64,000 bases of DNA. Source: Lingula anatina (lineage: Eukaryota > Animalia > Brachiopoda). A model generated the notes under the pieces. The model ran no database searches, was not told where the DNA came from, and saw only the letters and a program-made list of their open reading frames with translations. Position numbers and translations under genes: made by a program. The stretch spans positions 13,702,001-13,766,000 of the forward strand of contig CM120645.1 in the NCBI GenBank assembly GCA_051362555.1, written 5' to 3'. This document shows positions 24,054 to 36,900 of this stretch, piece by piece (position 1 is the stretch's first letter; every line of letters begins with the position of its first letter).

Positions 24054-25674
24054 ATGAGTGAGCATACCTCTCAACTGACATGCATTGGTGGGTCAAACCT
24101 ACAACCTGGAAACAAAACCTGCTGACCTGTATACCAACATATCACATAAAGGGTGTGTCAACTGAAAGCCCGGGCCAGTAATAAGTGCACGAGTTCTGTA
24201 TGCAGAAACACACAGAAAACCACTTGTTCATGCATAAAACAAACTATGGCCAATAAAATAATGTTTATACTGACAAAGGATGATGAAAACTGTTCTCTCC
24301 ACGCCGTCTGACTCTGATTTTAGAGTCAAATTGACTCCATGAGAGCCAGGGGGTGATTGACTCTGATAAGAGAGTCTAAAGACTCTGGTAGTGGGGTAAT
24401 TTGACCCTTATATAGGAGTCAAATTAACTCCATGAGGGTCAAGGGGAGCTGGACTCTGACTAGAGAGTCAAATGACTCCAATTTTATTCTCAGTGATTAG
24501 AACCCTTACACTGCAAAATAATGATTCCAGTATCTTCAGTTCACTCCTTTTCGTCTGTTCCATTGGCAACAGCTTCTTTAGCAAAACGATTGGAAGAATC
24601 TTCTTTTGGATTCAGTTTTGCCAAGCAGGAGAACCCAACCGTCGTCAACTGTTGAACTGAAAAAGTTTTTAAACATTTCTTGGGTAGTTGAATATGACAA
24701 ATGCGTTATATATACACGAGTCTGTAGATAAACCACACATAAATTCAATATTGACATTACAATTAATTCCCTTTCATTTCGCCCAAAAACATTCAAAATT
24801 ACTGCAGTATACACATTTTATGTTTAAATAAAAAGATGATAGATGAACATCTTCCTATCCTGTTAGGTATAAGAATATTAGGACAGATGTGCACGTATAA
24901 ATAATTGTCTATCTAATTAAATAAACAGATGGTCGAATTTAGTGCATTCCATTGAGGTTCCACTAGCCAATAAGTTATATATTTTTTGGCTAATGGCTAA
25001 TCGCAAAATAAAAGAACAAAGTTGCATACTTATATCGTGAAGATGGGTCTTCAAAACATCTGCTGTGACGTCAGTGTCAAGACCATGTTCTAGTAAACCC
25101 ATAATTTCTTTGAAAGGTTGTTGAATGCTATCCTGTAAGGAGACCACAATGTGCATAAAGTTTTGAAAAAATACAGACATAACTTTCGGCATTCCTCCTC
25201 AGGATCTTCTAATTTGCTGACATTTTTGATCTGGTATAAGTGAAGCTAACGGAGGCGGTCATGAAAAAAAAAACATTGCATTTAAGATATTACAGAACAG
25301 AACTGTATCCTTATTGATAAATAAGAAATCTTAAGAGATATCTTACTTGTCTATCCTATACTGTTAATCACAAGCCTAAACGTTTATCATGGTACTTTAA
25401 CAATTACAACGTGACCGTGTGTATAATGTTGCTTTCTTTTAACATAGTTTTTAAACGTATATCAGAGTGCTGCCTAAAGTGACAAGCTTCAGTTGATATA
25501 TTTAATATTGTGTGGATAAGAACATCACCAAATTTCAGTTACTTTTAAAAATCTTAAACAGTATCAGTAGAATTGAGAAAAAAAAAGAAAATGTCAGAGT
25601 GAAATATAAATTTAGTGCATTATTGCTACCGACAATTATAGGTTATCTCTTATTAGCTTTAATTTTCAACTTAC

Positions 25675-27886
25675 TCTAACGAATTTCACTATCTCCGCCT
25701 TTTCCAGGATATCAACAGTGTGATCCTGCTGGTTGAGTTTTGCCACGTCCAGTGGGGTGTCGCCATCGTTGTCTGCCGCCTTGGTGTCCGCCCCTGCTTT
25801 CACCAGTAGTTTCACAATTTCTCTGTTACCTTGCATGCAGGCCAAGTGCAGCGGCGTCATTTTATATGCATCGCGGATGTCTGTGGCAGCTCCAAGCTCC
25901 AGGAGTTTCTCCACCACAGCGGGGTGTTGTTCCAGAACGGCGTGGTGGATCGGGGTAAGATCCTCGTGTGCGGAATCAGCACATTTATAGTACTTGTCAT
26001 CAATTTTTTTTTCAATGTCTTCGGTGGGATTTTCTCCCCATCCTGAGTACAAAACCTTTCCGTATTCTCCCACATCTATATTTCCTCTTTTTATTTTTAC
26101 AAAGAAGTTCGCAAGAAGTTTTCTCTTGACGTAAACATAATGCCACACGAGTCTTTCTCCATCCTTACCGCGTACTAAGTATATCCTATCACCTACGTAG
26201 AGATTACCTCGTTTGTTAACCAATCCAGGATGTGTTCTCAGAATGGCATCCAAACACTGTACTTGTCCACTGCTTGCTGCCAAGTGTGCTGGATTTTTGC
26301 CGTCGTTGTTTAGAACAGCTGGATCCGCCTTATGGTCATTTATCAAACATTTTACCACATCAACATGGCCATTTCTAGATGTTTCACACAGAGCGGTGTT
26401 CCCGTATTTGTCTTGGATATTTGGATCAACCCTACGACCGTGATTCCTTCTCAGAAGGGCATCCAAATATTGCGCTAGTCCACGACATGCGGCACAGTTT
26501 GCTGCATTTTGTCCATTATTATTTACGATGGTTGGATCTGCACCACCTTCATCTAACAGACATTCCACGACGTCCAGGCCGACGTTATTGAGAACTGCGA
26601 TGTGAAGAGCCGTGTTGCCGTTTTTGTTCTGAATATTTGGGTCAGCCTTAACTTCATTTATCAAATACCTAACCATATCTACATGACCATATCTAGAAGC
26701 TTCACACAGAGCGGTGTTCCCATACGAGTCTTGAATATTTGAGTCAACCCTAAGTTCGTGATTCCTTCTCAGTATGGCATCCAAATATCGCACTTGTTGA
26801 CTCCTTGCTGCCACGTGTGCTGGATTTTGTCCCTCGTTATTTAGGATGGTTAGATCTGCCTCACCTTCATCTAACAGACATTCCACGACGTCCAGGCCGA
26901 CATTATTGAGAACTGAAATATGTAAAGCCGTGTTTCCGTACTTATTCTGAATATTGGGGTCAGCCTTATGTTCATTTATCAAACACTTTACCACATCTAC
27001 ATGACCATTTCTAGATGCTTCAGACAGAGCTGTGTTCCCGTACTTGTTCTGATAATTGACATCGATTCCGCCCACTGCTACTATTTCTTTCACTAACTCG
27101 ACGTGACCGCCCCATGCGGCACACACCAGGGTATTGCTGGTCACAGGTAAACCATGGCGCTGCAGCCTGTCGTATATGTCTCTGAAGTTACGCATCGCTG
27201 CGGCATCGAGACACGTTAAGTCTCCCATATTTGACACCATACTTTTCTTGATGTCGATGTTCGGAAGATCAGTGAGGTACTCCACCACGTCATCGTACCC
27301 CATCCTACAGGCACGACCCAGGGCTGTTTCACCAGACTCTGTGACAGCATTCAGGTCTGCACCCATTTTGAGAAGCAGCTTCACACCTTCTAGGAATCCT
27401 GCACCAGCGGCATAGTGTAGTGGTGTAAAATTGTCTGAGTCAGTAATATTTACCAAATTATGGTTAAGAGTGCAGAGTTCTTTTAACTTATCAATGTTTT
27501 GACTCCTTACAACCTTGTGGATTAGCTTCATTCCACTCTCAGTTTTTCCTAACAAATCAATTCGGTCTGCCACACTCTTGCTGTGTCTCTTTACAGCTAT
27601 GTCTTTGGCAGTACAGCCTTCCAGTTCACCAGGGTGAGTGCCACTTGTGACCTGCGTGGAAAGTGTCGCCCAATCAAAATGTCTCCATATAGTGATAGCT
27701 GCAAGTTCGTTATTGTGAAAGCATGTAGGACATTGAACCCATTTTCATTCCTGTACTCCAGGACTTTGTTTCTGTCCACCTGGCGGGCAATCCTATCAAG
27801 CATGTACCAAAGCTTTGGTCGTGCGATGGCGGAATACAGTCGGTGTAACGGATCAGGTATTATTGAAATGTCTTCGGTGTTTTTTG
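25675..27886 (-). CDS. Paralog 2 exon 4: ankyrin repeats plus inserted domain (frameshifted near the 5' end)
   Basis: ORF 25666..27573 is ankyrin-rich; the upstream part lies in another frame (27597..27803). Confidence 0.8.
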
Positions 27887-28250
27887 CTGAAATGAAGGAA
27901 TGTTTTTTTGTGCTATAAAATCAGATATTTGACACAAACAGCATTATGTCATGCTTCTTGTCTACTAAAGAAACTAACATGTGCATAACAGGCCTAAAGT
28001 CACTGTACGTAGTTCACTGACATTTAACTGCGCATCGCTAATCCAACTACGGACCTAATGGAATGGAATGTCTCTGTTAAATCAAGGATATTAAGAAGGA
28101 AGATTTTGGTTCACTCTGTGTACATTGTTTGGCTATCAACGTTACTGTGGATCAGAGAGTGTGTCATCTTTCCCTTGTTGGAAAGAGACCGAGAAGATTC
28201 CTTTATCCGTCCATGAGTGACTATCAGACATTTTGTGACAATATTCTTAC

Positions 28251-28394
28251 CTTGCGCCGGAATAACGACCTGAAAATCATCTTCATCCCTCGTATTATCT
28301 GCCTGAAGGAAGCGGTTGCTGTCTCCTATTTGGATGTTTTGACTATGGTTGATGCTTATCATCTGAATATTTGGGCTTGTTAGTTTACTTGGCA
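28251..28394 (-). CDS. Paralog 2 exon 3: RHIM exon (MISINHSQNIQIGDSNRFL)
   Basis: 144 nt, phase 1-1, CAG acceptor and GTAAGA donor. Confidence 0.8.
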
Positions 28395-29184
28395 CTGTAA
28401 AATAACATTAACTCAGTTTACCATGTAAAATTAAACTATGACAAGTCGTAGTGAAGTGACCAATGTTCAGGCTTGGTCTTGGCAGTAAACAGCCTCATTA
28501 AAATGAAAATATCTTTAGCTAAATGTTAACGTTTTAGACCGTTTGTTCTTTTGTTTCATCGTACCTTCTTCTCGAGTCCATGATTCTTGTCTGTCCAGAT
28601 TCAGGATCATCAGCTCTAAAACATCCCTTTTCTTAGCTATGTCAAAAAGAATTTCTTCTTTAGTTATCTTAGCTCCTTCCCTTTCCAGCACAATAGAAAG
28701 CTGGTCATCTTGTCCATAACCTAACAATGGAAAACAGATTACATTTCAAAATTTAACAGAGCATTCCCCGATCCTTTCAACATAATAAAATCGATGGAAG
28801 TACATCTATCCTGTATGTACTGTATCTTTCAAAGACTTCTGTAAAACTGTGTTGGCTCGTTTTAATGCATACATACACACACACACACTTTTTATACGTA
28901 TAGTCTTTTAACACGATTAATTAGCCTGGCTATTTTGTTGTTCAACAGTACTTTGTATGCCTTAAAAGTCCAACAAGAGTATCTTGATGGAACGACTGTA
29001 CTAACCTAATAGTTGCCTGGCGTCTTGTAGCAACGTCTCCATTGTTGTTAACATACATGTTTCCCTCTTCCGACGGTCACTTGAGTAGATGATACAGGTG
29101 CTGCCCATCTTTCTGAATGAAAATAATAATAAATATCTCAGGCTTTGTCTTCAATCTCATATAGCGTGCATGTGGTTGGAAGCA

Positions 29185-29780
29185 TACCGATATTTTATTT
29201 CCTAAATATAACATGAGTACATCTGTAGACCTGTGCACGGTGTAATGTCATAATCGGTCAATGGGTGTTTATCTTTCTTGTACTTTTGCACTCTTGTACT
29301 TTTACCGAGAATCGATTCTAACCATATAAACGAGTACAAATGCACTTGCTTGGTCATAAGAGAGTGGGCTGACCGCTCGGATGTTTAAAATTTCCGCTTC
29401 AGTGATTTTGTCATCAGCTGATTTTGTCATCAGCTGTTACAAATCATGTGTTTTTCCTGATTGGTGTGAATAAATCAGGTTCAATATATGGTGATTAATT
29501 AAACCTATTTAAGGTAGTCACCAAATCCAGTATGACACAAGACAAAAAAGTTCTGTGATGGCACGTCTGACACTGGAAGAGCGACTGCGGGCCCTGGGGA
29601 TGCTGGAGGCTGGGTGGAACCAAAGAGATTTGATCACGTGACCTTGCTTTTTTAATGATCTTTTCTGACCTTTATTTCACCTTGTGCGACTGAATAATGG
29701 GTCATATTTCACACGAAAACTGTTATTTTCTTAATATGTCAAAGGAACTTAAAATATTATTTGATAAATAAATGATGCGT
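29185..29780 (+). mobile_element. Internally deleted Tc1/mariner relic
   Basis: 29558-29629 encodes MARLTLEERLRALGMLEAGWNQRD, like the N-terminal HTH of Tc1-type transposases; the right end is ...GACTGTCGGTATA. The left boundary is uncertain. Confidence 0.55.
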
Positions 29781-30439
29781 TTTCATTGACTGTCGGTATA
29801 CTTTAATGGTTATAATCAAATTCAAACTACGCCACTATTTTCCCACTGCCATAAGGTATTGCTAACACCTGGTAGTTGACAACAGATTGTTGTAGTTAAA
29901 CGTGAAAAGGAGACTTTGGCTCATCTGCTATTCCTATATAGATTAGTATTTGTTTTGTTGGCGGTGCACCCCACATACCCGACTTAATATATCCACGTGT
30001 GGGTAAGGGGCGGGACTTGATCCGCCATTTTAATTTGCGGAATATTTAAGTTTTACTCAATTATAAAATTATACATTATAAAATGGGCGATGTAGGCCAA
30101 CATGAAGGCCATGCCAATAACTTTCATTTATAAAACAACTGTATAGACCTGCTTTTTAGATTTTTTGTTGGTGATTTTGGTGCATTTATAACTAGGACAG
30201 TAATATTACCAACAGTGTTTGCTTCAGTCTTGTGGCATGACATCTAGCAAGTTCAAAAGTTCTTGTCTTTAGTGATTATGCCGTCTTGAATACCAGTTTA
30301 GTTTGTAAACACACTCAACTCCAGTCAAACATTTTTCCCGTGATAATTGTATTACATATGTATCACCCAATAACCAAACTATTGACCCAAGATAAACCTT
30401 CTACCAGAAGTTAATTGTGAAATATTTGGAATTCCGTCC

Positions 30440-32070
30440 TTTTAAAACACGTGTACATGTAGTTCACAGGGGATCCCGCTGAGTGTGCTGCAATAAGTTA
30501 AATAAAACCAATTTCAATTTCCAAGAAAATAAAATACTACCCCAGTACTTACTTTTTTAAAAATATTCTCAACCTCTATTTCAATTCAACATGGCGTTCT
30601 CAAATGATCATGGGACCGGGTCTGTATCATCGATTTATTTATACAAGTTAACAGGTAATTTATATTGTACAAAGTAGGTCATCGCAGGCAAACACCAGGT
30701 GATAAGAAGAAATCGCCGTGCGTGCCGTTTTGATTTATAAATCTAGGTGAAGGATGGATATACTCCAGTATGTATTATAAAAAGGAGTTTCAATTTTCTG
30801 TCAATTGTGAAATTGTTAAACAGGTACATCTAAATAAGTCTTTATTTTTCTGTGACAATAAGCAACGGTATGAATCATTAGATTAAATCCAGGGCCCCGT
30901 AACTCGAAAGCATCGCGCAAGCGTCTCGATTCCATAACTCGCCCACACTCGGCCCATATAATACATTGTAGCCTCTATGTGATATCGTTAATTCGCTGAA
31001 AGCACTACGGCTCCGTTTGCAATTGGGGGTGGGGGTGGGGGGTGGGGGGGGTGGAGTTGAGCAAACTGTCCTTTAAGCCATGAAAAGTCCACTCGGAATT
31101 AAATATTGATCTAGGTTTCATGTCAATTCTCAACTAAGGATGTCTTAATGTTCACTTTTCTTTGAAAAAATTCAAATTGCTGGCCACTGGCCTGACAGGC
31201 CTAATACGATGACTTTGTTGAACGAGAAGCCATAAATTTGCCAAGCACTGTCAACTTGCATCGTGCGAGGGCAGGTGGACATGTATAAGAAAGCATATTT
31301 CAAGACACGATCACCTCAGTTCCCGAGGAAGGACTGCAGTTTTCCCTTCGACACGATTATGATGGCATGCAAGTGCATAACGATGCATTAGTGACACTGT
31401 TCGTTTAAGGTCGAATTCAGAACGGTGGACTAACTACAGCTAGGCCACGGGTCAAATATGGCGACCCACTAAAAAGCATGCCGTCTAATCCGCCAATTAT
31501 AGACACTGAATAGGTTCCCCGTGGGGATGTATTCAAGTCGGTCGACCATATTTGACCCTCAGACTAGCTAGCCCACTGTTTTGAATGCGGTCTACTTCAC
31601 ATTGGATCTCATTGGTTACACATTGCCCACACTGCAGTAATCTGACTCGTTCAATTCCCCACCCCCCCCCAAAAAAAAAAAAAAAGAAATATAATACTTA
31701 CTATTTCGTGTAAATAATCTCAGCGTCTATTTCGAAAGTTTCAATTGACCATGGTGTCCTCAAGTGATCAAAGGACTGGAGCTGTGTCGTCGATATATTG
31801 ATTCAGGTTGACAGATAATCCCCAGGCCAACGCAAACAAACGCCATGCGATATGCAGGAATCGTAACGATTTGATAGATAAATTACTGACGGATAGATAA
31901 ATGTATAAAAGAGCATACGGGTAAACGTTTTCTGTTTGTCCTTGTGCTGTGAATGTATTAAACAGGTCAATCTAGACAAGAGCCTTCCCGTTTATATTCT
32001 CGGAACATTTGTAATTTAAGCGCACAATGAAGCAGTAGCTTTAATCATTAAAATTAATCTTAAGAGGTCT
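30440..32070 (-). promoter_or_regulatory. Putative upstream/5'-UTR-exon block of paralog 2 (internally duplicated)
   Basis: Homologous to 17980-19190; donor-like GTAAGT at 31701 and a second diverged copy at 30552. Confidence 0.4.
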
Positions 32071-32511
32071 AAGTTTTGTTTATCTTTATACACGATAAAG
32101 GAGTTTTAATTTTCCTTCCACAGGTTCATCTAGACAAGAGTCTTCTCGTTTTTAGTCCCGATAAAACATTTTTTAAAATTCAACACACCATTAACTATAT
32201 GACGACCTACTGATGATTAATTACGATGGCTAAGCATCTATTTTAAAGTGGCTACACCTAGGAATTTACCCTCAATTTTACTAGTATGGAAAAACCCCCA
32301 GGAGACTTTTAAAGGGAAATTTAAGACAGTAAAGTAAAGTTGAAAAGAGTTTTTATGAACAACTTTTTTAAGTTTAGTGGCGAAGTAACATCTTTAATTT
32401 CTTCATTATTTGTTTTAATCAATTTTGCTTGTTTTAATCATATTTTTTCTTTTCATTTTTTTTAATATTTAAGAAGGCCCCTAGCCCCCCCCCCCCCCCC
32501 CCCACACACAC

Positions 32512-32542
<31 letters not shown>

Positions 32543-33081
32543 CACGCTCGCGCTTGAAGTCAGTCAAATAGATTTTTTGAGTCGGGCAAGTCGATTTTCA
32601 GACCTACTTGCCCGCCAAGCAAGTGCCTCCAAAGGTTTATGTTTATTAGGACAAGGACTCATATAAACTGTTTTATTGGTCCCAGCTTACAAGTGTCAGA
32701 ATAGTCCAGTGAACTTGTAACGAGAGAGAGAGAGACTCTAACACGAAGGCTCTTACACGAAGGGCCTGTCACCAGTGTGTTTCCTCATGTGTGTAACATA
32801 TAGATATGTGTGAGACTGTGCCTGTGTGGGTGATTGTGCTAGCGAGGTGTATTGTGCTCGTCTCTTTTCGTTTGTGTTCGCGTAAATTCGTCTGTATATG
32901 ATACAACCAATCCTCGCTACTTGACACAAGCTGGGACACTCTTAGAGGACTATACTGGTCTACCATAAAAAAACATCAACATTGGTTGAAGTAATCAAAT
33001 TGAATGTCGTCAAATCTCCATAGGATCCGGTATAGTCAATAAAATATGGGTAACTTGCGAAACTTGTGAAAGGATACCCTC

Positions 33082-33373
33082 CAGGGGCGGATCCAGGATT
33101 TTTTTAAGGGGGGGGGGGTCCGAAACGACAAGTCTAGGATGCGAAACCGACCAACGCCCCATTTGTGTGGGATCGGGGCCTAGTCAAGGTCCCCAAAAAT
33201 TTTGGGTATTTTGGAAAGCAAGCAGTGCCCTTTGGTAGGTTTAAAATTATGATTTAGCTAGTCAAAATTCTAAATTCAAAAGGGGAATATTGGTGTGATA
33301 TATTTTTCAGAAACCGAAGGGGGGGGGGGTCAGGACCCCCAGCCTCTTAACGCCCCCTCTAATTCCACCACTG
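33082..33373. mobile_element. Short hAT-like MITE (CAGGGGCGGATCCAGG...TCCACCACTG)
   Basis: Imperfect TIRs; ends resemble those of 2510-2757. Confidence 0.55.
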
Positions 33374-34339
33374 CCCTGGGCGCACGTTAGAAAATTTAAA
33401 ATAAAATATAGACAGCCTTCTAATCGTACTTAAACTCTCTCCACTCATATTAAGCGACCTCGGCTACATCGTTCAATTCATCGTTTGCAAACCCACATCG
33501 GATATCGGTAGAAATCCACTACATGTAGGCCTATAAACGCTGATAAAGTCCTTGTCGTCAGACTACAAACGCACAGGACAGACTACGATGTTCAAAGTAC
33601 CGTAGAGAGAGAGATGCTTTTGAAAACAAATAAAGAATCGTTTTAGCTATTGTAATGCACTGTAAAAGCACTGTATGGCTATGCAGATATGTTGTTGCAC
33701 ATAATGTAAAATAAATGGATATTGATGATGTTTTCAACAGTTGTTAATGTGTTGTGCTCTATCCAGTTCACGCGAAGAAATTGCACAATATGGTATATGC
33801 GAAGACACTGTCATACCCTGCTTTGTATTATTTTAAGATAAAAAAGGTTAAATAAAATCTATACTATGCTGAATTTTCAAAAATGAACAAAAAATCATTG
33901 TGAAATGGTGTCATGGCTAAGTAATATTAAAAATGTGCAGATTTTCGGTGTTTTTTAATTACGCCAACAGGCTTGTCGCCAAAATGTAATAAAACTGAAT
34001 AGATTACAGCGAAACTTCGATTATCAGACGCAATGTTAAATAATGTTATACGGTCATCTATATAGCTTTTGTTTAGTGACTCAAATAGTATATTGATAAG
34101 TACAGGTGGTTCCTAGAAAGGCATTCTGAGAGTGCAGACCTCCGCCAAGGATCCTGTACTAATATATTGTGATAATTGAGAGCACCTCCAAAACTTCACT
34201 GGACCTATATCGCATTTGCTGTAGTATCCTTTAAATCATACTTGGATCCAGGTAAGATGGTGAACCGGTTCACTACCAAAATAAAACACTTTAGGAAAGC
34301 CCATTGCCGACCTGTACTGTGCACACGAGATTTCAAACA

Positions 34340-36900
34340 AAGACGATAGCGGTTACTTGAACACCCATGGTTGTGAAGACGGAAATATGCACAAAAACCA
34401 ACGGAAGACACGTGTGATTTTGTAAAAATGGTGCAAAATGATATCTACGCCTCCAACTTTGATCTCGACGACACAGAGACCATGGTGCAGAATTACAGCT
34501 GTGATATAAGTGGTGACAGCACGGTATATAATGAACTGTATATTTACATGTACAGTGAATAATGAATTGTCTCGCAATTGCACAAGCATCCCTAGCTGGA
34601 ACATAGGATATTTGAACACGCAGCAATGTTCAGATCTATGAATAAAACTGCTAAAAAGAGTGTCAGATATCAAAGACATGATTTCAAGTTTTGCACTGGC
34701 CGTTGAACGTTTCTGTAGAATATAAGTTAGAAAATAAGAAGGCCGACAAATATAAAATGCACACATCATAAATGCATTAAATGTATTTCATTTATTGTAA
34801 GCTATAAGGTGTTGGATGGCAAAAATTTAATCCAGCTGTGTTTACATGAAAAAAAAAAACATTCCATCATACAACCTAAGAATTACAGCGTAATTATCCA
34901 ATAAATATAAAGAATACTTGCAAGCAATATACCTTTCAATATACACCAAGATCAATCATCGATAGACTGTTAAAACAAAATGGAAGAAAATTTCCTCAAT
35001 TTGTTTCTCGTGGATACACAAATTGTTTTTGGTAAGCAAACGTTGTGGTTGATTTTTTACTATTGTTTTGGTCATTTTAATAATTAGATAAATGATATAA
35101 TATGATGCGTATTACTGTTAATCCGTATATATAAAACGTTACGGCATACTATAACAATCTTAAATTTTGAATATGCAGTTTCTAAGATCATGTTCTAACA
35201 CAAGCTTAATGGTCTCATCGGCGAAGTAAGTCCAACTACAAATATGCCTCTTAAAGATACCCGGCATCTTTATGCTACAAACCTAATTGTTCAATCTGTA
35301 AAAGATTACAGTAAAATTGCATCGAGTTAGCAATCACACGGCACATAGTAATACAGCTGCATTATATATTTTAAATGATTAATGATTAACAACAAATGCA
35401 TTTTCTAAGCACACCACATCTTGTCAAAGAAAAAAAATTAGTACTCCCATTACAGTCGCACAAAGAATAGGATAGCAATATACGGCTAATTGTTTTTTTT
35501 TTTTTTCAAATCTACAAATAAATAATTTTCGTAGTAATATTGTACAGAGTGAGAGAAAAAGAGAGACTAAAATGCACTTTAAGAAACGATATGCTAATAA
35601 CATAAATTCACTTAAAGTGCAATGTCGCCATTTTGAAAATACCCCGTCTTGCTTTAACACTCTGTAGTACATCTGCTAAACAGAAGCCCACTTCTCGTTC
35701 CTAAAAAAAATCAAATAAAATGTGCATAAATTATTATTCTTCGCATAAATTACTACTGGTCTTTCTATTTTAATTTCTTGCATGTTATAAGGGAACATTC
35801 GATGAAAGAAATCGAGTGAATCCTATTTGTAGGAACTTATTCTCTGCATTTCCCATTTACAGGTTTGCATTATATGTGCCTCTCTTATTACTAAAATCAG
35901 AATATTAGCAATGGCTATTAAGATTCCATAATTGTGTATGGATCGATTATGAAAAAGGACAATGAATTGGTACATGTACCCTTACACCGCACGTTAATGG
36001 TTCGAATACCCTCAATTCATTCCTCTTCGTCTGTTTTCTTGGTGTTTGTTTCCTTTTCAAAATGTTTGGAAGAATCATCGTCTGGATTTAGTTTCGCCAA
36101 ACAAGAAAAGCCTCCCGTCATCAACCGCTGGACTAAAATAAAAAGTTCAAAAAGAAAAATCCTTAAGATATAAACAACCCTCATGATAGACCAAGCATAA
36201 AAACTTAATTTAGACACTACACTCATTTCTTTCATTGTGCCGGGAAAAAATTAAAACTATTGTAGTATATATACACATTGCATGTTTAAATGCATTGATG
36301 TTGATAAGTTCCATCTTTAAGTGTATTCTGTTAAGTTTAATGTAAATGCAAAAGTGCATGTCAAGTTTATTTGATTAAATACATATAGTTGGTCGAATAT
36401 AGTTTCTTTTACTTTGTGGTTTCACTAGCCGATAGCTTAAAACATTTATGTTATGGAGAATGACTCATCGCCAAAGAAAATGTCAAAATTGCATACTTTT
36501 TTCGTGAAGTTTGGACTTCAAATCATCCACTGTGTTAGTGTCAAGACCATGTTCTAGTAAATCCATAATTTCTTTGACAGGTTGTTGAATGCTATCCTGT
36601 AAGAAGACCACAATGTTCATTAACTTTTGACAAAAAATTATATGCATCACTTTAGGCATTCCTCCTCAAGATCTTCTAAGTTCTTGACATTTCTCTCTAG
36701 AATATGCAAAGTTAGGAGGACATGCAAAAAAAAAAAAAAAAAAAAAAAAGAAAACATTGTATTTAAGATTTCACTGACCAAGAGTATCCTTATTCGGTTA
36801 ATAAATTAGAAATTTTAACACATATGTTACGACCTCATCTTATACCGTTTATCACAAGGACAAACGTTTATCATTGTACTTCAAACATTTACACGTGACT
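34340..36900. repeat. Duplicated 3' flank and last exons of the tandem unit (homologous to ~47280-50170, more weakly to ~20700-21900 and 23300-25500)
   Basis: Long collinear high-identity blocks between the paralog 3 and paralog 4 units. Confidence 0.85.

Larger units (their letters stand above)
23592..24495. mobile_element. CACTA/EnSpm-type MITE just downstream of the paralog 2 stop codon
   Basis: TIRs CACTGAGAATAAAAT.GGAGTC / GACTCCAATTTTATTCTCAGTG; many subterminal GACTC/GAGTC motifs; absent from the homologous 3' flanks of paralogs 3 and 4. Confidence 0.75.
24541..29108 (-). pseudogene. Paralog 2: CIDE-N-like/RHIM/ankyrin-repeat gene with a frameshift
   Basis: Exons 29108-29006, 28720-28565, 28394-28251, 27886-25675, 25132-25030, 24656-24541. 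A 7-nt deletion at ~27720 (GCAGCGT is present in paralogs 3 and 4) shifts the frame to a stop at 27597. Confidence 0.8.

Noticed and set aside
25180-25235. Possible extra exon in intron 4 (GAAGATCTTGAGGAGGAATGCC; also ~36650-36700 and ~49940-49990)
   Set aside because: No consistent donor or frame across the copies, absent from paralog 1, and exons 4 and 5 already join in frame.
32716-32985. Possible solo LTR starting TGTAAC
   Set aside because: No matching end or TSD could be identified.
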